Made by a program: the position numbers and the translations under genes. A stretch of 64,000 nt of DNA from an uncultured Actinomycetes bacterium (GTDB taxonomy: Bacteria; Actinomycetota; Acidimicrobiia; Spongiisociales; DATADW01), in the NCBI GenBank assembly GCA_963780745.1, contig CAWACT010000007.1:32909-96908 (forward strand), read 5' to 3'. The notes under the pieces were generated by a model. It ran no database searches. It saw only the letters and a program-made list of their open reading frames with translations, and had not been told where the DNA came from. Position 1 is the first letter of the stretch; each line of letters starts with the position of its first letter. This document shows, in pieces, positions 10,041 through 20,152 of this stretch.

Positions 10041-11765
10041 ATCTCCGTTCTCCTAAAGGCTGAGGTGCTCGACGATGGGCCCGAGAGCCCAAACGGGGAA
10101 GAAGGTCAGGCCGGCCACCACCAGGATCACCCCGATGAGAAGCCCGGCGAAGAGGGTCCGGTCGGTGGGGAAGGTCCCTGCCGAAGCGGGAACGGTCTGC
10201 TTGCGCGACCAGCGAGCCGGCGATGCCGAGCACCGGGATGATCAGGAAGAACCGCCCCACCAGCATGGCGATGCCCAGCGTCGGGTGAGTAGAAGCTGTT
10301 GGTGGCGGTCAGCCCGGCGAAGGCGCTGCCGTTGTTGTTCCCCGCCGAGGTGAAGGCGTAGAGGATCTCGGAGAGCCCGTGAGGGCCGGTGTTGAGCTGT
10401 CCCTCGAGACCGGCGGGGAGCAGAGCGCCCGGCGGCGCTGAATCCGAGCACCACCAGGGGCATGGCCAGGATGTAGAGCACCACGAGCTTGACCTCGGCG
10501 GCCTGGATCTTCTTGCCCAGGTACTCGGGGGTCCTCCCCACCATCAGACCGGCGATGAAGACGGTGAGGAAGACGAAGACCAGCATCCCGGTGAGCCCGA
10601 CGCCGAGGCCGCCAGGCGAGATCTCGCCCAGCTTCATGTTGATCATCGGGATCAGCCCGCCGATCGGGGTGTTCGAGTCGTGCATCGAGTTGACCGACCC
10701 GTTGGAGGTGGCGGTGGTGGATGCAGCCCACACCGCCGACAGGGCCGGGCCGAAGCGGACCTCCTTGCCCTCCATGTTCCCGCCCGGCGCCTCGCTCACT
10801 GTCGCCTGGTCGGCGCCGAGGGCGCTGAGGTTGGGGTTGCCGGCGTCCTCCGCCCAGACATTGATGGCGATCGAGCCGAGCAGGAGCAACCCCATCACCG
10901 CGATCAGAGCGAAGCCCTGGCGGCGGTTGCCGACCATCCGCCCGTACATGTCGACGCTGGCGAAGGCGATGGAGAAGAGGGCCCAGGTCGAGAGGAAGTT
11001 GGTCAGCCCGTTGGGGTTCTCGAATGGGTGAGCCGAGTTGACGTTGAAGAAGCCGCCGCCGTTGCTACCCAGTTGCTTGATGGCGATCTGACTGGCGACC
11101 GGCCCGCCCGGGACCGACTGGGTCGCCCCTTCCAGCGTGGTGACCTCGGTGAACCCGTCGAAGTTCTGGATGACTCCTTGGCTGACGAGGACGAGGGCGA
11201 AGACGAAAGCCAGCGGGAGGAGGATGCGGGTGACCGAGCGGGTCATGTCCACCCAGAAGTTGCCGATGGTGTTCGCCCGCCGCCGTGCGATACCCCTGAC
11301 CAGTGCGACCAGTGCAGCCAGGCCCACCGCCGGCGACACGAAGTTCTGCACGACGAGACCGGCGAATTGGGAGAGATGGCTCATCGTCGCCTCACCCGCG
11401 TAGCTCTGCCAGTTGGTGTTGGTCATGAAGCTGACCGCGGTGCTGAAGGCCACCCCCGGCTCGACAGCCGGCATGTCGGTTGGGTTGAGCGGGAGGACCG
11501 CCTGCAGCCGGAGTAGGGCATAGAGGAAGAGCACCGAAACCACGCTGAAGGCCAGCAGCGCCATGGCGTAGCCGGTCCAGCGCTGCTCGACGGTGGGGTC
11601 GATCCCGCAGATCCGGTAGAAGAACCGCTCGATCGGAAGGAAGAAGCGGTCGCCCGGAGCCTTCCCCTCGCCGTAGATACCGGCCATGTAGCGGCCCAGG
11701 ACCACGGTGGTCAACGCGGTGAAGACGACGAGGGCCACGATGAAGACCCAGCCCGGGATGTCCAT
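10041..11765 (-). pseudogene. kdpA: K+-transporting ATPase subunit KdpA, C-terminal region disrupted by about 3 frameshifts (near 10425, 10285, 10195); 3' boundary approximate
   Basis: The main ORF matches KdpA to ...[16 protein letters not shown]. The continuation [34 protein letters not shown] and then [22 protein letters not shown] appear in two other frames. Confidence 0.85.
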
Positions 11766-11854
11766 CAGAACCGTTCGGGGTCGAGCAGGGCGATCACCAG
11801 GTAGATGATCAGCCCGACGGCGACCACCAGCCCGACGATGTTGTCGGCGATCAT
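11765..11854 (-). CDS. kdpF: KdpF (29 aa) small hydrophobic subunit; stop overlaps kdpA ATG
   Basis: Translates to [29 protein letters not shown]. This is a typical KdpF sequence at the typical position. Confidence 0.6.
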   Translation of the reverse strand: MIADNIVGLVVAVGLIIYLVIALLDPERF

Positions 11855-11881
11855 GGGGCCATCACCTCGGCGTCGGTTGGA

Positions 11882-12007
11882 TCAGGTTCGGTCGGACAGA
11901 GCCGGCTCGTCCTCGCCTCGCTGGATGATCCGGTCGGCGAAGCCGACGTAGCCGACGCACAGCGCGAAGAAGGCGATTGCGATCAGGATGTAGACCAGAT
12001 CAGCCAT
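11882..12007 (-). CDS. 41-aa single-TM peptide upstream of kdpF (MADLVYILIAIAFFALCVGYVGFADRIIQRGEDEPALSDRT); hypothetical
   Basis: Manual translation of the minus strand. It lies below the 60-aa cutoff of the ORF track. It has a hydrophobic core and a charged tail. This is an operon-leading position. Confidence 0.35.
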   Translation of the reverse strand: MADLVYILIAIAFFALCVGYVGFADRIIQRGEDEPALSDRT

Positions 12008-12189
12008 GGCGCCCGTTGTACACCCTGTCGGAGGCAGCGATGCGGCGCCTAACGGGTTCTTGCCGCGCCCGAAATCGATCTTGACGATCCCTTGGCACCC
12101 TCCATCAGCGAACCCAGGGTTCGAAGCGCTGCGGTGCGACTTCTCCAGCCCACGGATCGAAGGACTTCGCGCGAGGTAGGCTCGAAGCC

Positions 12190-14918
12190 ATGGCCGTCGG
12201 CGACCGCAACCGCACCATCATCGACGGGTTCGTCCACCAGTTCCCCGACAACGACCCGATCGAGACGCAGGAGTGGCTCGACTCGCTCGACGCCGTCGTC
12301 GAGCCGAGGAGGGCCAGGTCAGAGGGCGTTTCCTGCTGGCGAAGCTGCTGGAGCGGGCCCATCAGACCGGCCTTGGGGTGCCGGCCACCGTCACCACGCC
12401 CTACGTGAACACCATCCCCACGGAGGAGGAACCTCCCTATCCGGGAGACGAGCACATCGAGCGCCGCATCCGGCGGTTCATCCGCTGGAACGCGGCGGTG
12501 ATGGTGATCAAGGCCAACCACCTCGAGAAGGGGATCGGCGGGCACCTCTCGACCTTCGCCTCCTCCGCCACCCTCTACGAGGTGGGGTTCAACCACTTCT
12601 GGCGGGGCAAGGAAGACGGCAACCCGGGAGACCACATCTACATCCAGGGCCACGCCACCCCCGGCATCTACGCCAGGGCGTTCCTGGAGCGGAGGCTGGA
12701 CGAAGAGCCATCTCGACCGCTTCCGGTTCGAGGTCGATGGCGGCGGGCTGTCCTCCTACCCCCACCCCCGGCTCATGCCCGACTTCTGGGAATACCCGAC
12801 GGTGTCGATGGGGCTGGGACCGATCAACTCGATCTACCAGGCCCGCTTCAACAAGTACCTCCACAACCGCGGGCTGGACGACACCTCCGAGTCCCGGGTG
12901 TGGTGCTTCATCGGTGACGGCGAAGTCGACGAGCCGGAGACACTCGGATCGATCTCGTTGGCGGCGCGGGAGCAGCTCGACAACCTCACCTGGGTGATCA
13001 ACTGCAACCTGCAGCGTCTCGACGGCCCGGTGCGGGGCAGCGGCAAGATCATCCAGGAGCTGGAGGCGATCTTCCGCGGCGCCGGCTGGAACGTGATCAA
13101 GGTCATCTGGGGGAGGGGCTGGGATGAGCTGCTGGCCAGGGACGTCGAGGGGCACCTGGTCAACAAGATGCACAAGACACTCGATGGCCACTACCAGCGG
13201 CTCAGGGCGGAGCACGGCGCGCTACATCCGCGAGAACTTCTTCGGGCCCGAGCCCGAGCTGCGGGCGCTGGTCGAGGACTGGACCGACGACCAGATCTGG
13301 GCACTGCGCCGCGGCGGTCTCGACTACCACAAGATCTACAGCGCCTACCGGGCGGCGACGGAGCTGACCGGCGCTCCCACCGTGATCCTGGCGAAGACCA
13401 TCAAGGGCTGGACGCTCGGGCCCGATGTCGAGGGCCGCAACGCCACCCATCAGATCAAGGAGCTGACCAACAAGCAGCTGCTCGAGCTGCGCAGCCCGGC
13501 TCCACCTCGAGGAGGACATCCCCGAGGAGGCGCTGCAGGGCGATCAGGACCCGCCGTACTTCCGTCCCGGCACCGACTCTCCCGAGTACCAGTACCTGAT
13601 GGAGCACCGCAAGGCGCTCAACGGATCGCTCCCTTCGCGGGTGGTGCGGACCAAGCTGGCGTTGTCGCTTCCCCCCGAGGAGACCTTCACCGAGGTGCTG
13701 GCGGGAGCGGCAAGGTGGAGGCGTCCACCACGATGGCCTTCACCCGGCTGCTCCGCGGTCTGTGCCGGACGCCCGAAGTTCGGCAAGCGGGTGGTGCCGA
13801 TCGTCCCCGACGAGGCCCGCACCTTCGGGATGGATTCGCTGTTCCGCGAGCTCAAGATCTACGCCTCGCAGGGCCAGCTCTACGAACCGGTGGACGCCAA
13901 GATGCTGCTCTCCTACACCGAGTCGCAGGACGGGCAGATCCTGGAGGAGGGGATCACCGAAGCCGGTTCCATGGCCAGCTTCACCGCCGCCGCCACCTCG
14001 TACGCGGTGCGCGGTGTGCCCATGGTGCCCTTCTTCATCTTCTACTCGATGTTCGGCTTCCAGCGGGTGGGCGACCTGATCTGGGCTGCCGCCGACATCC
14101 GGGCCCGCGGCTTCCTGCTCGGGGCGACCGCCGGGAGGACCACCCTCCAGGGCGAGGGGCTGCAGCACCAGGACGGGCACAGCCACCTGCTCGCCTCGAC
14201 GGTGCCGGTGATCGAGGCGTACGACCCCGCCTTCGCCTACGAGGTCGGGTTGGTGATCAAGGACGGGCTGCGCCGCATGTACGGCGACGACCCGGAGGAC
14301 ATCTTCTACTACCTCACGCTGTACAACGAGAACTACGTCCAGCCGCCGATGGCCGAAGGGGTCGAGGCCGGGGTCCTCCAAGGGCTGTACCGCTGGGCGC
14401 CGGCCCCCGAAGGGGACCTGCCCCACCGTGCCACCCTGGCTTTCTCCGGTACAGCTCAGATGGCCGCCCGCCAGGCGCAGCAAGAGCTGGCGGAGCACTG
14501 GGGGGTGGGAGTCGAGCTCTGGTCAGCCACCTCGTTCAAGGCACTTCGTGAAGAGGCGATGAGCGCCGAGCGGTGGAACCGTCTCCATCCCGGACAAGAG
14601 CCGCGGGTTCCGCTGGTGACCCGGCTGCTTGCGGAGACCTCCGGCCCCTTCGTCGCCGTCACCGACAACATGCGAGCCGTCCCCGACCAGGTGAGCCGTT
14701 GGGTCCCCCGTACCTATCTGTCCCTGGGCACCGACGGGTTCGGGCGGTCCGACACCAGAGCGGCGTTGCGCCGCCATTTCGAGACGGACAAAGAACACGT
14801 GGTGCTTGGTGTCCTCACTGCCCTGCAACGCGACGGTGCGTTTGGACCCGAGGTGGTCGGCGACGCAATCGCCCGCTACGGGCTCGACCCCGATCTCCCC
14901 GATCCCTGGCGGCCGTAG
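12190..14918 (+). pseudogene. aceE: pyruvate dehydrogenase E1 component (homodimeric AceE type) with about 6 frame changes (near 12300, 12720, 13215, 13500, 13700, 13775); C-terminal 1.1 kb intact
   Basis: Colinear AceE matches are spread over ORFs 12190/12273/12775/13124/13599, e.g. [99 protein letters not shown]. Confidence 0.85.
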
Positions 14919-15067
14919 GGAGAACAACCTGCGCTCCGCAACAAATCCACCGATGTCGCCGATCGAGGTGGTTGACTCCCCAATCGCATCGGCGTCCGGG
15001 CGGACGGGGCGCGTCGAGAGCGCGACAACGCATCCCGACCCACTCTGCCTGCGAGGAGCCCGGAGCC

Positions 15068-16309
15068 ATGCCCACAGGTCGTCCCCGTTCGCCGTCCAGC
15101 AAGCCCCCCACGACACCGTCCCCCTTCCGTTCCCGGCCCGCTGTCGCCGCCCTCGCCTCTGCTCTGCTTCCCGGAGCCGGTCAATGGCTCCAAGGACGGA
15201 GAAGGCAGGCGGCGCCGTTGCTGGTTCTCTCCGCAGTTGCCCTGGTCTCGGCGGGAGGAGCCATCTGGGTCCTGGCTCGCCAGGGACCCGTTTACATACT
15301 GGAGGTGGCGATGCGACCGGAGGTGCTCGCCACACTGTTCGTGATCAATGCGCTGTTCTTGCTGGTGCGTGGCTGGGCAGCGGCCGACGCCTACCAGCGG
15401 GGAACGGGCGGGAGATCCCGGCTGGGAGCTGCGGCGGGCGTTGCGGTCGTCGCACTGGTCGTGTTGCCCCACGTCGTCGTTGGCGCTGAGGCGGCCGAGG
15501 CCCACCAGATGGTGACCACCATGTTCCAGCACCCGGTGAGGGCACCCAACGCGGAGGCCCCCACCACCACCTGGCGGCCGGGCAGCCGGCTCACCGTCCT
15601 CTTCCTCGGCGCCGAGCGCCTGCCCACCGGAGGCACCAAGGCGCGGGGCGCGGTGGTGGTCACCGTGTTCCCGGGCGACGACCGTGTCGCCGCGGTCACG
15701 CTCCCGGCGAACCTGACCGGGATCCCGGTGCCGGCGGGGGCGGACGAATCCGCGGGCGACGGTTCGCTCACCGACCTCTATCGATATGGGAGCCGTCACC
15801 AACGCCTCTACCCGGGGGCGCCCGACCCGGGAGTGGCCATGGTGAAAGATGGAGTGCAATCGCTCCTCGGCGTGCCGGTGCATCACGCAGTGGTCTTCGA
15901 TTCGAGCCGTCTCGATGGCATGGACGTCGTGGGGAGCGCACCCAAGCACTGCGCAGGTGCCGCAGTGGTCCGCACCGTTCGGCCCTCGGGGCTGGTTCGG
16001 CGGATGCCCTCGCTTGTCGCCGAACTGGGCGACTACGTCACCAGTGACATCCCCCTGGACCTGGTCCCGGAGATGGTCGAGCTGTTGCCCAATCTGTCCC
16101 CGCGCCAGGTGGTGACCGTTCCCATCACCGCCCCTGACTACGGGTGGGTCGAGGCGGCGTCGCAGGTGGCCGACCCGGAGCGGGTCCGCGCCGCCATGGT
16201 GAGCCTGGTGAAGCTGTCACCCGAGGAGGCGGCGGCCCGTCTCGGTCTCGGTGACCCGGGCCGCTGCGCCACCGGCCAGGCGGCACAGGCCGCCCCAGAC
16301 AACCGGTGA
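15068..16309 (+). CDS. LytR-CpsA-Psr (LCP)-like membrane protein with Pro-rich N-terminus; motifs degenerate
   Basis: TM segment, then TVLFLGAERLP...RGAVVVTVFPGDDRVAAVTLPANLTGIPVPAG and SLLGVPVHHAVVFDSSRLDGMDVVG, which resemble the LCP core blocks. Confidence 0.4.
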   Translation: MPTGRPRSPSSKPPTTPSPFRSRPAVAALASALLPGAGQWLQGRRRQAAPLLVLSAVALVSAGGAIWVLARQGPVYILEVAMRPEVLATLFVINALFLLVRGWAAADAYQRGTGGRSRLGAAAGVAVVALVVLPHVVVGAEAAEAHQMVTTMFQHPVRAPNAEAPTTTWRPGSRLTVLFLGAERLPTGGTKARGAVVVTVFPGDDRVAAVTLPANLTGIPVPAGADESAGDGSLTDLYRYGSRHQRLYPGAPDPGVAMVKDGVQSLLGVPVHHAVVFDSSRLDGMDVVGSAPKHCAGAAVVRTVRPSGLVRRMPSLVAELGDYVTSDIPLDLVPEMVELLPNLSPRQVVTVPITAPDYGWVEAASQVADPERVRAAMVSLVKLSPEEAAARLGLGDPGRCATGQAAQAAPDNR

Positions 16310-16357
16310 TCGGCGCGGGCGGCGGTACCATCCACCGATCCTGACAGCCGTCCGGGT

Positions 16358-18064
16358 TTGCCAGAACTGCCCGGTCGAGGAGCCAGTGTGACCGAGCAGC
16401 AGACCCGATCCGCCCCTCCGGGGCGAACCCCGCGCCACCGCTCCGAGAGCCAGGCACGCCGCCAGGCGAGGCTGCTCACGGTGGTGCTTCTCGTTGTGGC
16501 AGCCGCCGTTGCTGTCTGGCTCCTCCTCGACGTTTTCTCGGGTGACGTTGGCGGCACCGCATCCCCCAGCTCGTTCCCGGCCTCGGCCGGGGAGTCGACG
16601 GTGGCGACCACCACGACCTCCGCTCCCCAGCCGGTGGCGGTCCCTGCGGAGAGCATCGGCGCCCCGTGGGGGACCACCCAGGGAGTCACCATGTTCCGGG
16701 GCAACCCCACCAGGTCGTGGTTCGGTCGGGGAGCACTCGCTGCCACACCCCAGGTGCGGTGGAGCTACCCCGAAGGGGAGATGTGCTCGGTCTCGGTCGA
16801 TCTGGGCGAGGAGTCTGAATGGTGCGGGACCGGATGGACCGGACAACCTCTCGTCTGGACCAACCTCGAGGGGACGACCGAGGTCCTGTTCGGCGGCTAC
16901 GACGGTGCGGTCCATTTCGTCGATGCCGCGACCGGGGAGCCGACCAGGGAGCCCTTCCCGACCGGCGACCTCATCAAGGGATTCGGTGCGATCGACCCCG
17001 ACGGCTACCCCTTGCTCTACTTCGGCTCCCGAGACAACAAGTTCCGCATCGTCGCCCTCGACCGGGAGCCGGTGAGCCAGGTCTGGTCGATGGACGCCTT
17101 CGACGTGGACGGTCTGTGGAATGACGATTGGGATTCGAGCCCGGCAATCGTCGATGGGATCCTCTACGTGGGTGGGGAGAACGGCTGGTTTTACGCCATC
17201 GAGCTCAACCGCACCTATGGCGAGCAGGGCCGGGTGCGGGTCCGACCCGAGGTTCTGTTCTCGGCCCCCACCTATGACGACGAGTTCCTCGACATGCTGA
17301 ACGAGGGCAAGCCGAGACCGCCCGCCGCCGAGCTGCCTCGCGACGGCAGCGGGTCCGACCTCGACTACGACGTCGAGATCAGCGTGGAGAACAGCCCGGT
17401 GTTCTTCCGCAACCGGGTGTATGTCGCCAACTCGGCGGGTCGGATCCTCGGTTTCGACATCAGCGACATCCGCGAGGGACGGGCTCGGGTGGTGTTCGAC
17501 TACTGGGCTGGCGGCGACATCGACGGGACCATGGCGGTGGACCCAAAGGGCCGGCTCATCGTGCCCATCGAGTTCGAGCCCAACGACAAGGCGGGGAAGC
17601 CGCCGATGTCGGAGGCCGAGGCCGCCCATCAGCGGGAGGTCGGGCAACTGGTGAAGCTCGACCCATATGCCGACGGCGATCCCCGGCTCTGGGGCGTGGA
17701 CCTCACCGCCGGCGGCGAGAACGCCGGGATCTGGGCCAGCCCGGTCCTCTACGAAGGGCTTGTGTACGTCCCGACCCACACCGGGGAACTGCTCGCCGTC
17801 AGCGCCGCCAACGGTGAGGTGGTGTGGCGCGATTCGGTCGGTCCCAAGACATGGTCGTCACCGGTGATCGTCGGCGATCAGCTCATCCAGGCCACTTTCG
17901 CCTCCGGCATCCGTGGCTACTCCCTGGCCGACCCCCGACATCCCGAGCGGCTGTGGACGGTTGAGCTGCCAGAGAGCGGGGAAGTCGAGTCCACACCCGT
18001 CGTCTGGGAAGGGACGCTCTACGTCGGCTCGCGCAACGGCTTCTTCTACGCCGTAGGCCGGTAG
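16358..18064 (+). CDS. membrane-anchored PQQ-like beta-propeller repeat protein (TTG start)
   Basis: N-terminal TM, then repeated GxxYVGxxxGxxYAxD-type blades (ILYVGGENGWFYAIE, LVYVPTHTGELLAVSAANGEVVW, TLYVGSRNGFFYAV). Confidence 0.6.
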   Translation: MPELPGRGASVTEQQTRSAPPGRTPRHRSESQARRQARLLTVVLLVVAAAVAVWLLLDVFSGDVGGTASPSSFPASAGESTVATTTTSAPQPVAVPAESIGAPWGTTQGVTMFRGNPTRSWFGRGALAATPQVRWSYPEGEMCSVSVDLGEESEWCGTGWTGQPLVWTNLEGTTEVLFGGYDGAVHFVDAATGEPTREPFPTGDLIKGFGAIDPDGYPLLYFGSRDNKFRIVALDREPVSQVWSMDAFDVDGLWNDDWDSSPAIVDGILYVGGENGWFYAIELNRTYGEQGRVRVRPEVLFSAPTYDDEFLDMLNEGKPRPPAAELPRDGSGSDLDYDVEISVENSPVFFRNRVYVANSAGRILGFDISDIREGRARVVFDYWAGGDIDGTMAVDPKGRLIVPIEFEPNDKAGKPPMSEAEAAHQREVGQLVKLDPYADGDPRLWGVDLTAGGENAGIWASPVLYEGLVYVPTHTGELLAVSAANGEVVWRDSVGPKTWSSPVIVGDQLIQATFASGIRGYSLADPRHPERLWTVELPESGEVESTPVVWEGTLYVGSRNGFFYAVGR

Positions 18065-18245
18065 ACGGCAGACGGAATCAAGCCTCCCCCGGTCAGGAGG
18101 AGGAGGTGCGGATCGGCTCCCCCTCCCGGTGAGGGGAGGGGGTTGGGGGGAGGGTGATTGCCGCCGCTCGGCCCAGTCACCCCCTCCGCTCGCTTGGCTC
18201 GCGCCTCCCCCTCACCGGGGGAGGCAAGAAGGTGCTCCCTCCGCA
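18065..18245. repeat. GC-rich REP-like extragenic element, copy 1, between convergent genes; contains hairpins cccctcccggtgagggagggg and cctccccctcaccgggggagg
   Basis: It shares an ~110-bp core in permuted order with 38027-38201. It starts with GACGGCAGACGGAA heptamers. Confidence 0.55.
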
Positions 18246-18248
18246 GAC

Positions 18249-18872
18249 CTAGACGATCCTTCTGTCGGTTGCCCAGCGGGCGAGCTCGTGGCGGCTGGAG
18301 AGCTGGAGCTTGCGAAGTACCGCAGAGACATGCGACTCCACCGTCTTCACCGAGATCTCGAGACGGCGGGCCACCTGTTTGTATGCGAAGCCGCGGGCGA
18401 TGAGGCGGAGCACCTCCCGTTCCCTCGGGGTCAGCTGGTCGAGGTCAGGATCGGAAGCGGGGACAGATCCGGCGAAAGCATCGAGCACGAACCCGGCGAG
18501 CCGGGGGGAGAACACGGCGTCTCCCTCGTTCACCTGGCGGATCGCTTCCACCAAGTCGGCTGGCGCTATCGACTTCGTCACGTAGCCGCGGGCGCCGGCG
18601 CGAATCATGGCGATCACGTCCTCGGGCTCGTCCGACACTGACAGGGCCAGAAAGCGCACCTCGGTGTCGGCCAGGTTGCGCACTACGGCGATCCCGCCCC
18701 CGCCCGGCATGTGGACGTCGATCAGCACGACATCGGGTTGCGTCGCCCGGATTGCGTTGACCGCATCGTCCACGTCTCCAGACGATCCCACCATCTCGAA
18801 ATGCTCGCCCAACTCCGATCGCACCCCGGCGAGGAACAGCTCGTGGTCGTCGACGAGAAACAGCTTGATCAT
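18249..18872 (-). CDS. LuxR/NarL-family response regulator
   Basis: MIKLFLVDDHELF...VVLIDVHMPGG receiver domain and an HTH LuxR tail (LTPREREVLRLIARGFAYKQVARRLEISVKTVESHVSAVLRKL). Confidence 0.85.
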   Translation of the reverse strand: MIKLFLVDDHELFLAGVRSELGEHFEMVGSSGDVDDAVNAIRATQPDVVLIDVHMPGGGGIAVVRNLADTEVRFLALSVSDEPEDVIAMIRAGARGYVTKSIAPADLVEAIRQVNEGDAVFSPRLAGFVLDAFAGSVPASDPDLDQLTPREREVLRLIARGFAYKQVARRLEISVKTVESHVSAVLRKLQLSSRHELARWATDRRIV

Positions 18873-20089
18873 CCACGCTCCAACCTGAGGTGCACCTCGG
18901 TTCCCTCCCCCGGCACACTGCTCACCTCTGCGGTCCCGCCGTGGCGGCTCATCCGGGCAACGATCGACTCGGCGATCCCCCGCCTGTCGGGTGGGATGGC
19001 GCCGGGGTCGAAGCCCTTCCCCTGGTCGGTCACCCACAAGTCGACGGCCTCGTCCCCCACCTCGAGATACACCGAGACCGACCCGGCGCCGGAGTGTCGC
19101 GCCGCGTTGATCATCGCCTCGCCGGCGGCCCCCACCATCGCCCGCGTCGTATCGTCGAGCGACCTATCACCCACCGCGACCACCTCGACCGGTACATCGA
19201 AGTCGGTCTCGACCCGGTCGGCAGCCGATCGCAGCGCTGCGACCAGTCGCTCACCCTCGACCTCCGGACCCTTCTCATAGAGCCAACGGCGCAACTCCCT
19301 TTCCTGCGCCCTGGCCAGCGTCACCACCCTTCTCGGATCGTCGGTGCGCTGCATCAAGGCGAGCGTCTGCAGCACCGAATCGTGGAGATGGGCGGCCAAC
19401 TCGGCCCGTTCCTCTTGTCGGATCCTCTCGGTGCGCTCCCTACCGAGATCGCGCGCCAGACCCACCAGCCACGGACCGAGCACCAGGGTCACCCCGGCGG
19501 CAGTGACCAATGCCGCCAGGACGACGGTGCCCAACCCGGAGATGGCGTCGATTCCCCCGGCAAACAGCCCCAGCCCGACAAGGAGAAGCAGTCCGCCCAC
19601 GATGAGACGCCCCACCGATCTCTCCCCCCGGTCGCCGGGGAGCAGGAGTCGTGCCTCGCCCCGCCGCCTACTGCTCTCGGAGCGATCCCACATCGCTGCC
19701 AGACCGAAGGCGACCGCGCTTCCGGCAACCATCACGACGTCACCGGGCCAGACCCCGATGCCTCGCAGCACCAGCAATGCACCGGCGAAGACAAGGAGAA
19801 GCCCCAGCCGTTGGCGCCGGTCGATCCCCGGGACGGGCGCAGACTCAGGGCTTGCCTGCTCGGGGAGTATCGCCCAGAGGCCAAGGTAGAGAAACAGACC
19901 CAGCCCATACACGAGTCCAAGCGAGACGAACGCGGCCCTGACGTACACCGGCTCGATCCCGAGCGAGCGGCCCAACCCGGCGGCGACACCTCCGAGGACG
20001 CGTTGCTTTGCGTCGCGATGGATTTCGAGGCGCGGCTTGCTGGCCGTGGCAGATTCCACGGCTCGATGATCCCATGATGAGCGTTGCAC
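18869..20089 (-). CDS. sensor histidine kinase with N-terminal PspC domain (HisKA_3 + HATPase); start GTG/TTG near 20089-20095
   Basis: PspC block (RDAKQRVLGGVAAGLGRSLGIEPVYVRAAFVSL...LGLWAILPE), four TM helices, then AAHLHDSVLQTLALMQ H-box and an HATPase tail. It overlaps the regulator start by 4 nt. Confidence 0.8.
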   Translation of the reverse strand: MQRSSWDHRAVESATASKPRLEIHRDAKQRVLGGVAAGLGRSLGIEPVYVRAAFVSLGLVYGLGLFLYLGLWAILPEQASPESAPVPGIDRRQRLGLLLVFAGALLVLRGIGVWPGDVVMVAGSAVAFGLAAMWDRSESSRRRGEARLLLPGDRGERSVGRLIVGGLLLLVGLGLFAGGIDAISGLGTVVLAALVTAAGVTLVLGPWLVGLARDLGRERTERIRQEERAELAAHLHDSVLQTLALMQRTDDPRRVVTLARAQERELRRWLYEKGPEVEGERLVAALRSAADRVETDFDVPVEVVAVGDRSLDDTTRAMVGAAGEAMINAARHSGAGSVSVYLEVGDEAVDLWVTDQGKGFDPGAIPPDRRGIAESIVARMSRHGGTAEVSSVPGEGTEVHLRLERG

Positions 20090-20152
20090 CGACAATGGGT
20101 GATCACCCTCGCCGCGCCGTCTGGGGCTAGGGGACTCTGGGGGACATCCCCG

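Noticed and set aside
14876-17779. Long minus-strand ORFs (14876..15949, 16217..17779) and similar antisense ORFs elsewhere (10389..11516, 33078..34322, 34063..35289, 36678..38000, 38394..39059, 42115..43370, 59760..60365)
   Set aside because: Arg/Gly/Pro-rich, low-complexity translations that lie opposite well-supported genes. These are typical stop-poor antisense frames in 70% GC DNA.
18065-18245. REP-like copies and heptamer arrays considered as CRISPR arrays
   Set aside because: There are no regularly spaced identical repeats with unique spacers. Only two permuted copies exist kilobases apart, and no cas genes are present.
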